From NCBI GenBank assembly GCA_977020255.1, contig CDROCS010000253.1, forward strand, positions 620,001 to 684,000: DNA of 64,000 bases. Direction: 5' to 3'. A program made the position numbers and the translations under genes. The notes under the pieces were generated by a model. That model was not told the DNA's origin, ran no database searches, and worked only from the letters and a program-made list of their open reading frames with translations. Below, one piece after another: positions 39,367 to 49,493 of this stretch (position 1 is the first letter of the stretch; every line of letters begins with the position of its first letter). The stretch is from Obrimoposthia wandeli (Eukaryota).

Positions 39367-40248
39367 ATGAACTTAAAACGTCTTGAATATTTTTGTCAAT
39401 TAGCCATGCTGGGCAACTTTACTCGGGCAGCACATAAAATAGGTATTGCTCAACCAGCGCTAACGATTGCTATGCAAAAGCTAGAACAAGAAGTAGGACT
39501 AAAGTTAATTAATCGTGCTGAAAAAAATTCCTTGTTAACCGCTGAAGGTGAAGTTCTCTATAAACTGGCAACCCAACTATTAAGCCAAGCAAAACAGGTT
39601 GAATTAGAATTAGAAGAACTAAAAGATCTAGAGCAAGGTACTATTCGTTTTGGTGTTTCCGCTATGATGGGCTCTTATTACTTCCCGAAAGTATTAACGG
39701 AATTCAAACAACAGCATCCAAAAATAAAAATGCACTTAGTTGACCAAGGCACAGCGGCACTGGAGAAAATGTTACTCAATGGCGAACTTGATTTAGCCTT
39801 GGTACGCAGTGATTTAGAAAATCCACAACTGCGTTACACTGAGCTATTTAATGAGGAAGTGGTTGCGGGCATGGTCAGTTCACATCCGCTAGCCGCAGAG
39901 AAAACACTATCATTGGCACAATTTTGCCAAGAACCGCTGGTGTTATTTCATGAAGGTTATTTTTTACGTGAAGTTGTTAGCCAATATGCAAAAAAACATC
40001 ACTTAGCCTTAGATATCCGTATGGAAACTAATCTTGTTGAACTGCAAAAATCATTGGTTCGCAATGAGGTGGGTATTACCACGTGTCTATCACGTATTTT
40101 ACAAAACGAACAACAGATGACATCAATACCCTTTGAGCCAAAAATTGAATTTAAGCTGAGTTTGGCATGGAAAAAAAGTCATTACTTGTCTAAAGCCAGT
40201 AAAGCTTTCATGACTTACTTAAGCTCAACGCTTGATCCTATGGATTAA
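39367..40248 (+). CDS. LysR-family regulator divergent from gcdH (GcdR-like position)
   Basis: GNFTRAAHKIGIAQPALT...LEQEVG..L..R helix-turn-helix. Confidence 0.9.
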   Translation: MNLKRLEYFCQLAMLGNFTRAAHKIGIAQPALTIAMQKLEQEVGLKLINRAEKNSLLTAEGEVLYKLATQLLSQAKQVELELEELKDLEQGTIRFGVSAMMGSYYFPKVLTEFKQQHPKIKMHLVDQGTAALEKMLLNGELDLALVRSDLENPQLRYTELFNEEVVAGMVSSHPLAAEKTLSLAQFCQEPLVLFHEGYFLREVVSQYAKKHHLALDIRMETNLVELQKSLVRNEVGITTCLSRILQNEQQMTSIPFEPKIEFKLSLAWKKSHYLSKASKAFMTYLSSTLDPMD

Positions 40249-40664
40249 CTTCAATCAATTACCTCTGTGGATCTTCAAATAAAGTGAGAATTCTTGTGCA
40301 ATATTTTTCTGGGTTGTAACTAGTTAGGGATAAATTAAACGAAGCTTTTGCGTCAAAATTCGAAAGGAAATTACAGAATAATTCACAAATCGCTAGAATA
40401 TAATGGCGACTAAGTAGCTTAGTTGACGGTAGAGTTAGTTTCGCTAAGGACAATTGACCGACATTGCGGTCATTCATTGTTAAACTGGTAACGCTCACTT
40501 TGGCGCATAGGAGATATTAGCGTGAATTTTCTTAGCTATATATTTTCTAATGCTTATTTCTATCAATAGGGCTTAAATACAAGAAGAATAGTTACCTATA
40601 ACATGAGTATAAATTTAGTTCGTGTAACACAACCAAAAAAGCAGATATTACATTTAGAAGCTAG

Positions 40665-41234
40665 TTAGTTCTTTATAGGGACTTCTGGTGGGGAAGAATT
40701 GAAAGTTTTCAGCATAGCAGTCGCGCTTTCAGGAGAAATTTGTTTACTGCGCTCTTGTTCTTTAAGCTTTTGGGTAAATTCTTTGCCTATTTCTAATGTC
40801 ATCAAAACTTTATCGGCTATCTGTTGTTCAAGTACCGATACTGCTTGTTCTTTTTCGTCTTCGTTGAGTATTGTTGACTGCTTTATTTTCGATACTTCTG
40901 CCTTCAGCATCTTTATTTCCTCATCAACCCTGTCCTTTACCTCTTTCATTTTTCTATAATCAACAGGGAGATCGTTTACCTTTTCCTGATATTCTTGTTT
41001 GGCTATTTCATATTCTTTTGTCTTCTGCTCATAAGTCTTATCGCTTTCGGCTTTATCAATATTTTGCAATGCTAATGCTTTAGAGGATAAAATAACTTTT
41101 GTCTCCCCACTTTCTACGACATGTGGTTGAGCAGTTGAGACATTCGCTTTAACATCATTGTGATTATCGATAGAGGCATGCAAACCTTTACCTAAATTTT
41201 TATTCAGATGAAGTTGAGCAGCATAAATTTCCAT
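40665..41234 (-). CDS. Hypothetical coiled-coil protein
   Basis: Long K/E/Q-rich helical ORF; start moved to ATG 41234; no family recognised. Confidence 0.7.
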   Translation of the reverse strand: MEIYAAQLHLNKNLGKGLHASIDNHNDVKANVSTAQPHVVESGETKVILSSKALALQNIDKAESDKTYEQKTKEYEIAKQEYQEKVNDLPVDYRKMKEVKDRVDEEIKMLKAEVSKIKQSTILNEDEKEQAVSVLEQQIADKVLMTLEIGKEFTQKLKEQERSKQISPESATAMLKTFNSSPPEVPIKN

Positions 41235-41765
41235 TACAAAGTTCCATTTTGAAGTTATTAAATATCTCCAACCTACACCACGTTCAGGGTTAGTCAATTA
41301 ATATTGTCTATATAGCATCATATTTAGGTAATACGGACTTAGTGGTCACATTTTATACGCGTAAGTATCCGTTATCGATAAATAATCTAATCCGAAACGA
41401 CTTTAAAGCTCATCAGCTAATGTCCGCAATGCGGCTGTAGTTAGCGTTTCAAAATGACTTACCACTGACGGCTTTGAGCTTAAACCTGCCTAATAAGCTA
41501 GCAGCGAATTTCGATTAATATTACCCTAAATATGACCATGGTTTCACAAAATCCTAATGACCACCTGAACTAAAGCCTCATTGTTGCCGTTACGGACGAC
41601 AGATCTAATGTCAACAAATAGGTGAATAGGTTAACTTCAAAGATTGGGGCAGTCGAAAAAACGTAACAAGTTGTTAAATTTTATTATGGCGCAACGCATT
41701 GATCATTATTTACGATGGTCCACACCTCTCAACAGCAGACAACGATAAATTCGAAAGCCACAAAT

Positions 41766-41799
41766 AATAAAGCCACGACTAATTAGTCGTGGCTTTATT
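41766..41799. terminator. Perfect 34-bp palindrome, terminator for gabD-gabT-spuC
   Basis: AATAAAGCCACGACT-AATT-AGTCGTGGCTTTATT. Confidence 0.8.
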
Positions 41800-41831
41800 G
41801 TTAACAAATCTAAACTAAATTATGACTCAAT

Positions 41832-43187
41832 TTAAATAAGGTTATAAAACCTAGCGGTATCATCTAGGGTCTTTTTAGCTTTCTCTATTAACTCATCAAT
41901 TTCGGCTTTTGTAATAACCAACGGCGGTGCAATAACCATAATGTCGCCACATGGACGCATAATTAAACCATTCGCCATTGAATAATCACGACAAACACCA
42001 CCACCAGCTGAATTAGGTGCTAAGCGTTCTTTAGTTGTTTTATCTTTAACAAGTTCAATCGCTGCAACCATGCCTAAACCACGCGCTTCACCTACAATGG
42101 GGTGGTCAGCAAGCTCTTGCCAGCGTTTCTGTAAATAAGGTGAAACTTCACTTTTAACTTGCTCAACAATCCCCTCAGATTCTAAAATCTCGATATTTTT
42201 TAGCGCAACAGCCGCTGCTACCGGATGACCAGAATAAGTGTAACCATGGTTAAAATCACCACCTTTTCCGATAACCACATCAGCAACTTTATCTGAAATA
42301 ATAACGCCGCCAATAGGCAAGTAACCTGAAGACATACCTTTGGCAATAGTAATCATGTCAGGTTTTAAATCAAAATATTCACAAGCAAACCAATCGCCAG
42401 TACGGCCAAAGCCTGAAATAACTTCATCTAAAATAAATAGAATATCGTACTTGGCTAGAATTCTTTTAATTTCAGGCCAGTAGCTATCTGGAGGTATTAT
42501 CACCCCGCCAGCACCTTGGAAAGGTTCTGCAATAAAAGCGGCAACGTTCTCTTCACCTATCTCTAATATTTTAGCTTCCAACGATTGAGCGGCTTTAATG
42601 CCAAATTCATCTTTAGATAAATCGCCACCTTCAGCAAACCAATAAGGTTGGTCAACATGTTCAATACCCTCAATAGGTAAGTCACCTTGCTCATGCATAT
42701 AACCCATACCACCTAGACTTGCCGCAGCAACGGTGGATCCATGATAAGCATTTTTACGACTAATAAAGGTTTTCTTCGTTGGCTGCCCTTTTAAGTCCCA
42801 ATATCTACGCACCATTCTAAAGTTTGTATCGTTCGCATCAGAGCCTGAACCAGTAAAAAACACTTTATTCATATGTGGAGGAGCAAGTGAAGCTATCTTT
42901 GCTGCCAAGTTAGTTGCAGGCGCTGTGGTTGTTTTAAAAAACAAGTTGTAATAAGGCAGTTCTGCCATTTGTTGACTCGCTGCTTCAATCAGTTCTTTGC
43001 GACCATAACCAATGTTTACACACCACAAACCCGCCATGCCATCGAGGTATTTTTTACCATTATCTTCATAAATATAAACACCTTCAGCTTTAGATATTAA
43101 TTTAATACCTTTCTCTGCAAGCTCTTTATTATCACTAAATGGTTGAAAGTGATGGGCGGTGTTTTTCTGCTGAAATTCTGATTTCAT
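41832..43187 (-). CDS. spuC: Putrescine:pyruvate-type class III aminotransferase (SpuC-like)
   Basis: [40 protein letters not shown] and [10 protein letters not shown] motifs; polyamine context. Confidence 0.85.
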   Translation of the reverse strand: MKSEFQQKNTAHHFQPFSDNKELAEKGIKLISKAEGVYIYEDNGKKYLDGMAGLWCVNIGYGRKELIEAASQQMAELPYYNLFFKTTTAPATNLAAKIASLAPPHMNKVFFTGSGSDANDTNFRMVRRYWDLKGQPTKKTFISRKNAYHGSTVAAASLGGMGYMHEQGDLPIEGIEHVDQPYWFAEGGDLSKDEFGIKAAQSLEAKILEIGEENVAAFIAEPFQGAGGVIIPPDSYWPEIKRILAKYDILFILDEVISGFGRTGDWFACEYFDLKPDMITIAKGMSSGYLPIGGVIISDKVADVVIGKGGDFNHGYTYSGHPVAAAVALKNIEILESEGIVEQVKSEVSPYLQKRWQELADHPIVGEARGLGMVAAIELVKDKTTKERLAPNSAGGGVCRDYSMANGLIMRPCGDIMVIAPPLVITKAEIDELIEKAKKTLDDTARFYNLI

Positions 43188-43261
43188 AACGTAACCTTTT
43201 TAGTTTTATTATAAATTACCCACTTTAATAAAGTGGTCTGTTTAAAACGGGTATATACCCG

Positions 43262-44548
43262 TTATTTAACAAGCGCTTTGAACATATTTTCAAAGACATC
43301 TAAGCCTTCTGCTAGTACTTCATCTGTCATGGTTAATGGCGGTAAGAAACGAATTACATTACCGTAAAAACCACACGCCAGTAAGACCAAACCATACTTG
43401 GCCGCGTTAGCGATAATAGCTTGAGTTAATTCAGTGTTTGGTTGCTCAGCATCACCGTTTTGAACTAATTCCATCGCAATCATTGAACCTTGATTACGCA
43501 CATCCAAAATTAAATCTGGGAATGCTTCTTGTAATTGGCTTAAGCGCTGATTAAATTGCTCGCCAATGTATACTGAACGTGCAATTAAATTTTCTTCTTT
43601 GATTATGTCTAAAACCGCTAATGCTGCAGCACAAGCCACGGGTGAACCACCATAAGTGCCGCCCAAACCGCCTGGTAAAGGTGCATCCATTACTTCACTT
43701 TTACCCACAACGGCAGCAATAGGGAAACCACCAGCAATACCTTTTGCCATGGTCATTAAATCAGCTTCGACCCCTGAATATTCAAAGGCAAACATTTTTC
43801 CTGTACGACCAAAGCCCGTTTGGATCTCATCTGCAATTAACATAATGCCATGTTGATCACAGAGTTTACGTAAGGCTTGCAAAAACTCAGTAGGTGCAGC
43901 ATAAAAACCACCCTCACCTTGTACAGGTTCAACAATAATGGCGGCTACATCGCTCGGTGCGATATCGACTTTAAATAAATTTTCAAGGGCTTTTAAAGAT
44001 TGCTTAACCGTAATGTCGTGACATTCAATTGGGAATGGGGCATGAAAAATATCGCCAGGAAATGGACCAAATAAATTTTTGTATGGTGTAATTTTTCCTG
44101 TTAGCGCCATTGTTAAGTTGGTGCGTCCGTGAAAGCCACCATTAAAGGCAATAACACCACGACGACCAGTATAAGCACGAGCAATTTTCACACAGTTTTC
44201 AACGGCTTCAGCACCTGTTGAAACAAATATTGCTTTTTTCTCAGAATCACCAGGGGCAATGTCGATTAGTTTTTCAGCTAATTCAACAGCAACTTCATAA
44301 GGGTTAACCATCACACAAGTATGACTAAATTTATCTAACTGTGCTTTTGCAGCAGCGACAACTTTTGGGTGGCTGTGGCCAGTATTACAAACTGCAATAC
44401 CCGCACCAAAGTCGATATAGCGATTACCTTCTACATCCCATATTTCGGAGTTTTCTGCGCGCTCTACATACACTGGATACATATTGCCTTGGCCACGCGC
44501 GATAACTTTAGTCTTTCTGCTTTGTAACTCTTGATTTGATGTTGTCAT
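43262..44548 (-). CDS. gabT: 4-aminobutyrate/5-aminovalerate aminotransferase
   Basis: DFGAGIAV, TGAEAVENCVKIAR, EPVQGEGGF and MAKGIAGGFP motifs. Confidence 0.92.
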   Translation of the reverse strand: MTTSNQELQSRKTKVIARGQGNMYPVYVERAENSEIWDVEGNRYIDFGAGIAVCNTGHSHPKVVAAAKAQLDKFSHTCVMVNPYEVAVELAEKLIDIAPGDSEKKAIFVSTGAEAVENCVKIARAYTGRRGVIAFNGGFHGRTNLTMALTGKITPYKNLFGPFPGDIFHAPFPIECHDITVKQSLKALENLFKVDIAPSDVAAIIVEPVQGEGGFYAAPTEFLQALRKLCDQHGIMLIADEIQTGFGRTGKMFAFEYSGVEADLMTMAKGIAGGFPIAAVVGKSEVMDAPLPGGLGGTYGGSPVACAAALAVLDIIKEENLIARSVYIGEQFNQRLSQLQEAFPDLILDVRNQGSMIAMELVQNGDAEQPNTELTQAIIANAAKYGLVLLACGFYGNVIRFLPPLTMTDEVLAEGLDVFENMFKALVK

Positions 44549-44579
44549 TGTATTGTCTCTAAATTCTATTTTTTAATTA

Positions 44580-44841
44580 ATACCAATTCTATTAAATTTA
44601 TTCCTAACTCAGAGCTATATTAGCGAGCTTAGAAAAAAAACTTGTTAAACATAGTTATTCTATATTTCATTGGTTTTGTGAAGTTATCAGTTTGCTAATA
44701 AGCTCCCGAAGGGTGAGTTTAAAAGGCTAATATACTGCGTTATTGATTTCGACAAGGGAATAACCATTATCTTCAATCAATGCCTTGCCTCTAAGCCTTT
44801 TAATTCTCACTGAGTCGGAAATAACTTAATAGATTTGGTAT
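44580..44841. mobile_element. 262-bp ATACCAA-family MITE between gabD and gabT
   Basis: Terminal inverted repeat ATACCAATTCTATTAA / TTAATAGATTTGGTAT (15/16); contains the 55-bp core shared with the ERIC-like copies. Confidence 0.85.
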
Positions 44842-44929
44842 CTACAGTGGCAGAGCTATCATTTTTTATAACGCTGCCGACATAATATAAATTTGCTTAA
44901 ACTTACCTAAACGAAATTATTTATCCAAA

Positions 44930-46414
44930 CTACTTATCTAAGCCACCCATACATAGGTATTTAATTTCTAAGTAATCGTCTAAGCCATATTTTGAACCTT
45001 CTCGGCCGTTACCCGATTGCTTAACACCACCAAATGGAGCGGCGGCGTTAGAAATAATACCTTCATTAATACCAACCATGCCGAACTCAAGGCCTTCAGC
45101 TACTCGCCAAACCGTACCAATATCACGTGAGTAGAAATACGCCGCTAAGCCGTATTCTGTATCGTTAGCAAGTTCAATAGCTTCTTCTTCTGTTTCAAAG
45201 GCAATAATAGGAGATACCGGACCAAAAATTTCATTGGCTGCAATTGGCATATCATTAGTAACGCCAGTTAGAATAGTTGGCTGATAGAACAGCTCTCCTG
45301 CTGCTGCACGCTGTCCGCCTGATACTATTTTTGCACCTGCGGCAACAGAATCAGCAACCAGTTTTTCAACATCACAAACTGCTTTGTCTGAAATCATTGG
45401 ACCAAGGTTGACGCCCTCTGCTAAACCATCACCAATGCGTAACTCAGCCACTGCATTTTTGAATTTTTCAGTAAATTCTGCTAATACGCCTTGTTGAACT
45501 AAAATACGATTGGTACATACACAGGTTTGACCTGCATTACGGTATTTAGAAATAATGGCACCTTGTACCGCAGCGTCAATGTCGGCATCGTTAAAGACAA
45601 TAAATGGTGCATTACCACCTAATTCCATTGATACTTTTTTTACCGTTGTTGCACATTGAGTCAATAATAATTTACCAACGCCAGTCGAACCGGTGAAAGT
45701 GAATTTTGCCACATCAGGGTGTTGCGTTAATACTTTACCCATACCTCTAGAATTACTACCAACAACAACATTAAATACGCCAGCAGGAATGCCTGCTCGC
45801 TCTGCTAGTTCAGCCATCGCTAATGCCGATAACGGCGTTGATTCAGACGGTCTAACAACAAAGGTACAACCTGCAGCTAATGCCGCGGCAGCTTTACGGG
45901 CAATCATCGCATTGGGGAAATTCCATGGGGTAATAGACGCGACCACACCAACCGGTTGTTTAATGACAATAATTTTTTTATCACTCGAAAGCGCAGGAAT
46001 AGTATCGCCATAAACGCGTTTACCTTCTTCAGCAAACCATTCTAAAAATGCCGCACCGTAGGCAATTTCACCTTTAGCTTCAGCCAACGGTTTGCCTTGT
46101 TCTAACGTTAGGATACGCCCTAAGTCATCTTGATTTTCCATCACTAAATTAAACCAATTACGTAATAACGTTGCACGTTCATTAGCTGATTTAGCTGACC
46201 ACATTTTTAAGGCGCCTTTGGCAGCAGACACCGCCAATTCAGTTTCTGCCACGTCAGCATTACTCACCTGAGCAACAACTTCGCCAGTCGCTGGGTTGGT
46301 AACTGAAAATTGAGTTTCACTGCTATGCCAACTGCCGTTAATATAAGAAAACGGTTTTATAAGCTGGCTGTCTTTTATGCCCGCAGCTGCTAGATCACAG
46401 GTAAATTTAGTCAT
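44930..46414 (-). CDS. gabD: NAD(P)+ succinate/glutarate-semialdehyde dehydrogenase
   Basis: ITPWNFPNAMIARK, FTGSTGVGK, MELGGNAP, KYRNAGQTCVC and EIFGP motifs. Confidence 0.93.
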   Translation of the reverse strand: MTKFTCDLAAAGIKDSQLIKPFSYINGSWHSSETQFSVTNPATGEVVAQVSNADVAETELAVSAAKGALKMWSAKSANERATLLRNWFNLVMENQDDLGRILTLEQGKPLAEAKGEIAYGAAFLEWFAEEGKRVYGDTIPALSSDKKIIVIKQPVGVVASITPWNFPNAMIARKAAAALAAGCTFVVRPSESTPLSALAMAELAERAGIPAGVFNVVVGSNSRGMGKVLTQHPDVAKFTFTGSTGVGKLLLTQCATTVKKVSMELGGNAPFIVFNDADIDAAVQGAIISKYRNAGQTCVCTNRILVQQGVLAEFTEKFKNAVAELRIGDGLAEGVNLGPMISDKAVCDVEKLVADSVAAGAKIVSGGQRAAAGELFYQPTILTGVTNDMPIAANEIFGPVSPIIAFETEEEAIELANDTEYGLAAYFYSRDIGTVWRVAEGLEFGMVGINEGIISNAAAPFGGVKQSGNGREGSKYGLDDYLEIKYLCMGGLDK

Positions 46415-46519
46415 GGTTTTATCTCAATAGTTATTTAATAAACAATATCTGTATTGAAACCTAGTTTTAAATCAGGTTAAATACAAAACAATAAACCTTT
46501 AGTTTTAAGTAGACCAAAC

Positions 46520-47443
46520 ATGTATAAGCATTCAATCATCCCTAAGCCTGTTAATGAATATGATTTACGTTTGCTACGTATTTTCATTTCGGTAGTTGAA
46601 CATGGCGGCTTTTCATCTGCCGCTAATGCACTAGGTATAACGCGCTCAACCATTAGTGTGCATATGTCTAATTTAGAAACTCGCATGAAATTAAAGTTGT
46701 GTTTACGTGGTCGAGGGGGGTTTTCGTTAACTGAAGATGGTCAAGCCGTCTATCAAGCCGTACTCGACTTGTTTGCTACCATGGATGGTTTTTCTTTATT
46801 AATTAATAGCTTAAGTAGTGAGTTAAGTGGTGAACTAGTTATTTTGTGTGCGGATATACTTGATGAAAACAAACAGCATAAAATGGCGCAAGTGATTAAA
46901 AAAATTAATGATATTTCACCTAATTTACACATAGTGCTAGATGGAGACTCTATCTCAAATATAGAGAAGTCTTTGTTAAAAGATAAAGCCCATATCGGTT
47001 TGTTTCCAAGTTATCAGCAAATAGAGGGGCTAAAGTACCAACCTTTATTTAGCGAACCCATTTATTTATGTTGTGGCAAGCAGCATCCCTTTTTTAATCA
47101 AGTCGACACTGCTATATCTGAAGAAAAATTAGGGGAAGCCCCTGCTATACACCCCGGTATTAATATAGATTTAGCTGGTAAACAACAATTAAAAAAACTT
47201 AACTTATCAGCAAAGTCCTATCAATTTGATACCCGTAAAGCGATGATTTTATCTGGCTGCTACATAGGTTATATGCAACAGAGCTTTATTCAAGCAGAAC
47301 TCAACCGTGGCGAGATTAGAATAATAAAGCCCAACAGCCATTATTATCAATTTAGATTATCTTTAGTAAGTAAGAAAACCCCCAGAGAAGTAAAAAAAGT
47401 TGAGTTACTAACGAGTGTGTTTTCTCAAGTATTTGAGTTATAA
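46520..47443 (+). CDS. LysR-family regulator, BauR-like, divergent from gabD
   Basis: LRLLRIF..VVEHGGFSSAANALGITRSTISVHMSNLETR...CLRGRGGFSLTEDG. Confidence 0.88.
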   Translation: MYKHSIIPKPVNEYDLRLLRIFISVVEHGGFSSAANALGITRSTISVHMSNLETRMKLKLCLRGRGGFSLTEDGQAVYQAVLDLFATMDGFSLLINSLSSELSGELVILCADILDENKQHKMAQVIKKINDISPNLHIVLDGDSISNIEKSLLKDKAHIGLFPSYQQIEGLKYQPLFSEPIYLCCGKQHPFFNQVDTAISEEKLGEAPAIHPGINIDLAGKQQLKKLNLSAKSYQFDTRKAMILSGCYIGYMQQSFIQAELNRGEIRIIKPNSHYYQFRLSLVSKKTPREVKKVELLTSVFSQVFEL

Positions 47444-47450
47444 AACTGTT

Positions 47451-47552
47451 TATACCCGCTCCACTTGAAGATGCAGGATTCAGCTGGAATTATAAACGCC
47501 TTTAGGCAAGGTATTGATTGAAGAGAATAGTTATTCAGGAGAATATGCTCCT
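47451..47552 (+). repeat. Truncated ERIC-like element with inverted internal segment
   Basis: First 86 nt match 54355-54440; the sequence then continues as the reverse complement of 54571-54586. Confidence 0.85.
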
Positions 47553-47888
47553 TTTTCAGATCCTGCTATTGTCCACAATTCTGCTGAAATAGTGGATTTT
47601 GCTGCATGTGAGTTGCTCCACTATTAAATTATTTTACAGTGAGAATGATAATTACGGCACGTTTACGTTACAAAAACTGATGCACCATTTACCCCATGAC
47701 AAATAAAATGGCTAAATTCACTGAGTCAATTTCCAATTTAATGGGAATAACTGCAATTTACCTCCCTAAGCGTTTACAACATTAATGAAGTGTTATTTAC
47801 AACAATAATTTAATATTTATTGATGTTTTATCGTTTATTGTTTAGTTTATCTAACACTAGAATTATTTAAAATAAGCTATAAGGCAAT

Positions 47889-49313
47889 ATGTTTATGAAA
47901 AATTTACGCCACTTTTATATTAATGGACAATGGGTATCGCCAGAAAAACCGCAGGACTTTATCGTTGAAAATCCTTCAAATGAAAGTCAAATTGGCATTA
48001 TTTCTCTAGGCACTAGTGTCGATGTTGATAAAGCCGTTATTGCCGCTAGAAACGCCTTTAATCATTATGGCTTTAGCTCAAGAGAAGAGCGTATTGCCTT
48101 ATTAGAAAAGTTATTAAGTGCCTATATGAATCGTTACGATGAAATGGCACAGGCAATTTCTCAAGAAATGGGCGCGCCAATCGATTTTGCCACAGCTGCT
48201 CAAGCTGATTGTGGCCGAGGTCATATTCAAACAGCGTTAGATGCTTTAAAAACTTATGAATTTGAGCACATCTCAGCCAATGCCACTATAAGCCATGAGC
48301 CGATAGGCGTTTGTGGATTCATTACGCCTTGGAACTGGCCTATTAATCAAATTGTTTGCAAAGTTGCACCGGCATTAGCCACAGGTTGCACCATGATTTT
48401 AAAGCCCAGTGAAATTGCCCCTTTATCAGCCCATGTGTTTGCCAAAATAATTGATGATGCGGGTTATCCCGCAGGTGTTTTTAATATGGTTAACGGTGAT
48501 GGCATGGGCGTAGGCGCTGCGATATCGTCTCACGAAGATATTGATATGGTCTCTTTTACTGGCTCAACTAGAGCGGGCTCGTTAATTTCAAAATCTGCGG
48601 CAGATACCGTAAAACGAGTCTCCTTAGAATTAGGTGGTAAATCACCAAACATTATATTTGATGATGTAGACCTAGAAACTATCGTGACCAAAGGTGTTAT
48701 CGGCTGTATGGAAAATACTGGCCAATCATGTAATGCACCCACACGTATGCTAGTGCAAGAGTCGGTTTATGATGAGGCAGTGAAAATAGCGACTCGCGTT
48801 GCTAATGGTATAAAAGTCGATGGTGCTGATAAGCCAGGTGATCATATTGGGCCATTAGTTAGCCAAGCTCACTTTGATAAAGTACAAGGTATGATCAAAG
48901 AAGCCATTGAATCTGGCGCTACCTTAGCTGCAGGTGGACTCGGCAAACCAGAAGGGTTTGAAGTGGGTCATTTCACCAAACCGACGATATTTTCCAATGT
49001 GAACAATAAAATGAACATTGCTCAAGAGGAAGTATTTGGTCCTGTTCTGGTAATAATTCCTTTCAAAGATGAACAAGAAGCAATTACTTTAGCAAACGAT
49101 TCCCCTTATGGTTTAGCGGCCTATATTAATACCCCTGATGAAGAAAAAGCGAGTCGTGTCGCAAGGAAAATAAGGGCTGGAATGGTACGAATTAACTGGG
49201 CTTCACATTATTACACCTCCCCGTTTGGTGGCTATAAACAATCAGGAAACGGTCGTGAGTGGGGTACCTATGGCTTTGATGATTATTTAGAAATTAAAGC
49301 CACCAGCCGTTAG
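47889..49313 (+). CDS. Aldehyde dehydrogenase (CddD/SSP0762-like subfamily)
   Basis: ITPWNWPINQIVCKVAPALATGC, FTGS, LELGGKSP, NTGQSCNAP and EEVFGP motifs. Confidence 0.9.
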   Translation: MFMKNLRHFYINGQWVSPEKPQDFIVENPSNESQIGIISLGTSVDVDKAVIAARNAFNHYGFSSREERIALLEKLLSAYMNRYDEMAQAISQEMGAPIDFATAAQADCGRGHIQTALDALKTYEFEHISANATISHEPIGVCGFITPWNWPINQIVCKVAPALATGCTMILKPSEIAPLSAHVFAKIIDDAGYPAGVFNMVNGDGMGVGAAISSHEDIDMVSFTGSTRAGSLISKSAADTVKRVSLELGGKSPNIIFDDVDLETIVTKGVIGCMENTGQSCNAPTRMLVQESVYDEAVKIATRVANGIKVDGADKPGDHIGPLVSQAHFDKVQGMIKEAIESGATLAAGGLGKPEGFEVGHFTKPTIFSNVNNKMNIAQEEVFGPVLVIIPFKDEQEAITLANDSPYGLAAYINTPDEEKASRVARKIRAGMVRINWASHYYTSPFGGYKQSGNGREWGTYGFDDYLEIKATSR

Positions 49314-49493
49314 TCTGTGAAATTTTAATTATATTTACTTGAGGTTTTAATTTCAGCTAAAAGGGTATTGATTTATTTACTTGACTATGTTTTTATAAGT
49401 AAGGATTGAAGAATATATTTAACAATACAATGTCATTCTGAGTTTTAAAAGAGCTTTATTAAGTAAATAACAAACAAAAACAGGGTATGAACT

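Noticed and set aside
40320-40380. Minus-strand GACGCAAAAGC resembling a c-di-GMP-I riboswitch
   Set aside because: The GGCAAACC-GAAA P2 stem and the downstream conserved elements are missing.
41300-41410. Sigma-28 promoter for the coiled-coil gene
   Set aside because: TAAA and CGATAA-like hexamers occur, but not at the required spacing.
41400-41620. Stop-interrupted minus-strand frame (…NSLLAY*AGLSSKPSVVSHFETLTTAALRTLADEL) as a pseudogene
   Set aside because: It looks protein-like but I cannot assign a family; a TBLASTN/BLASTX hit would be needed.
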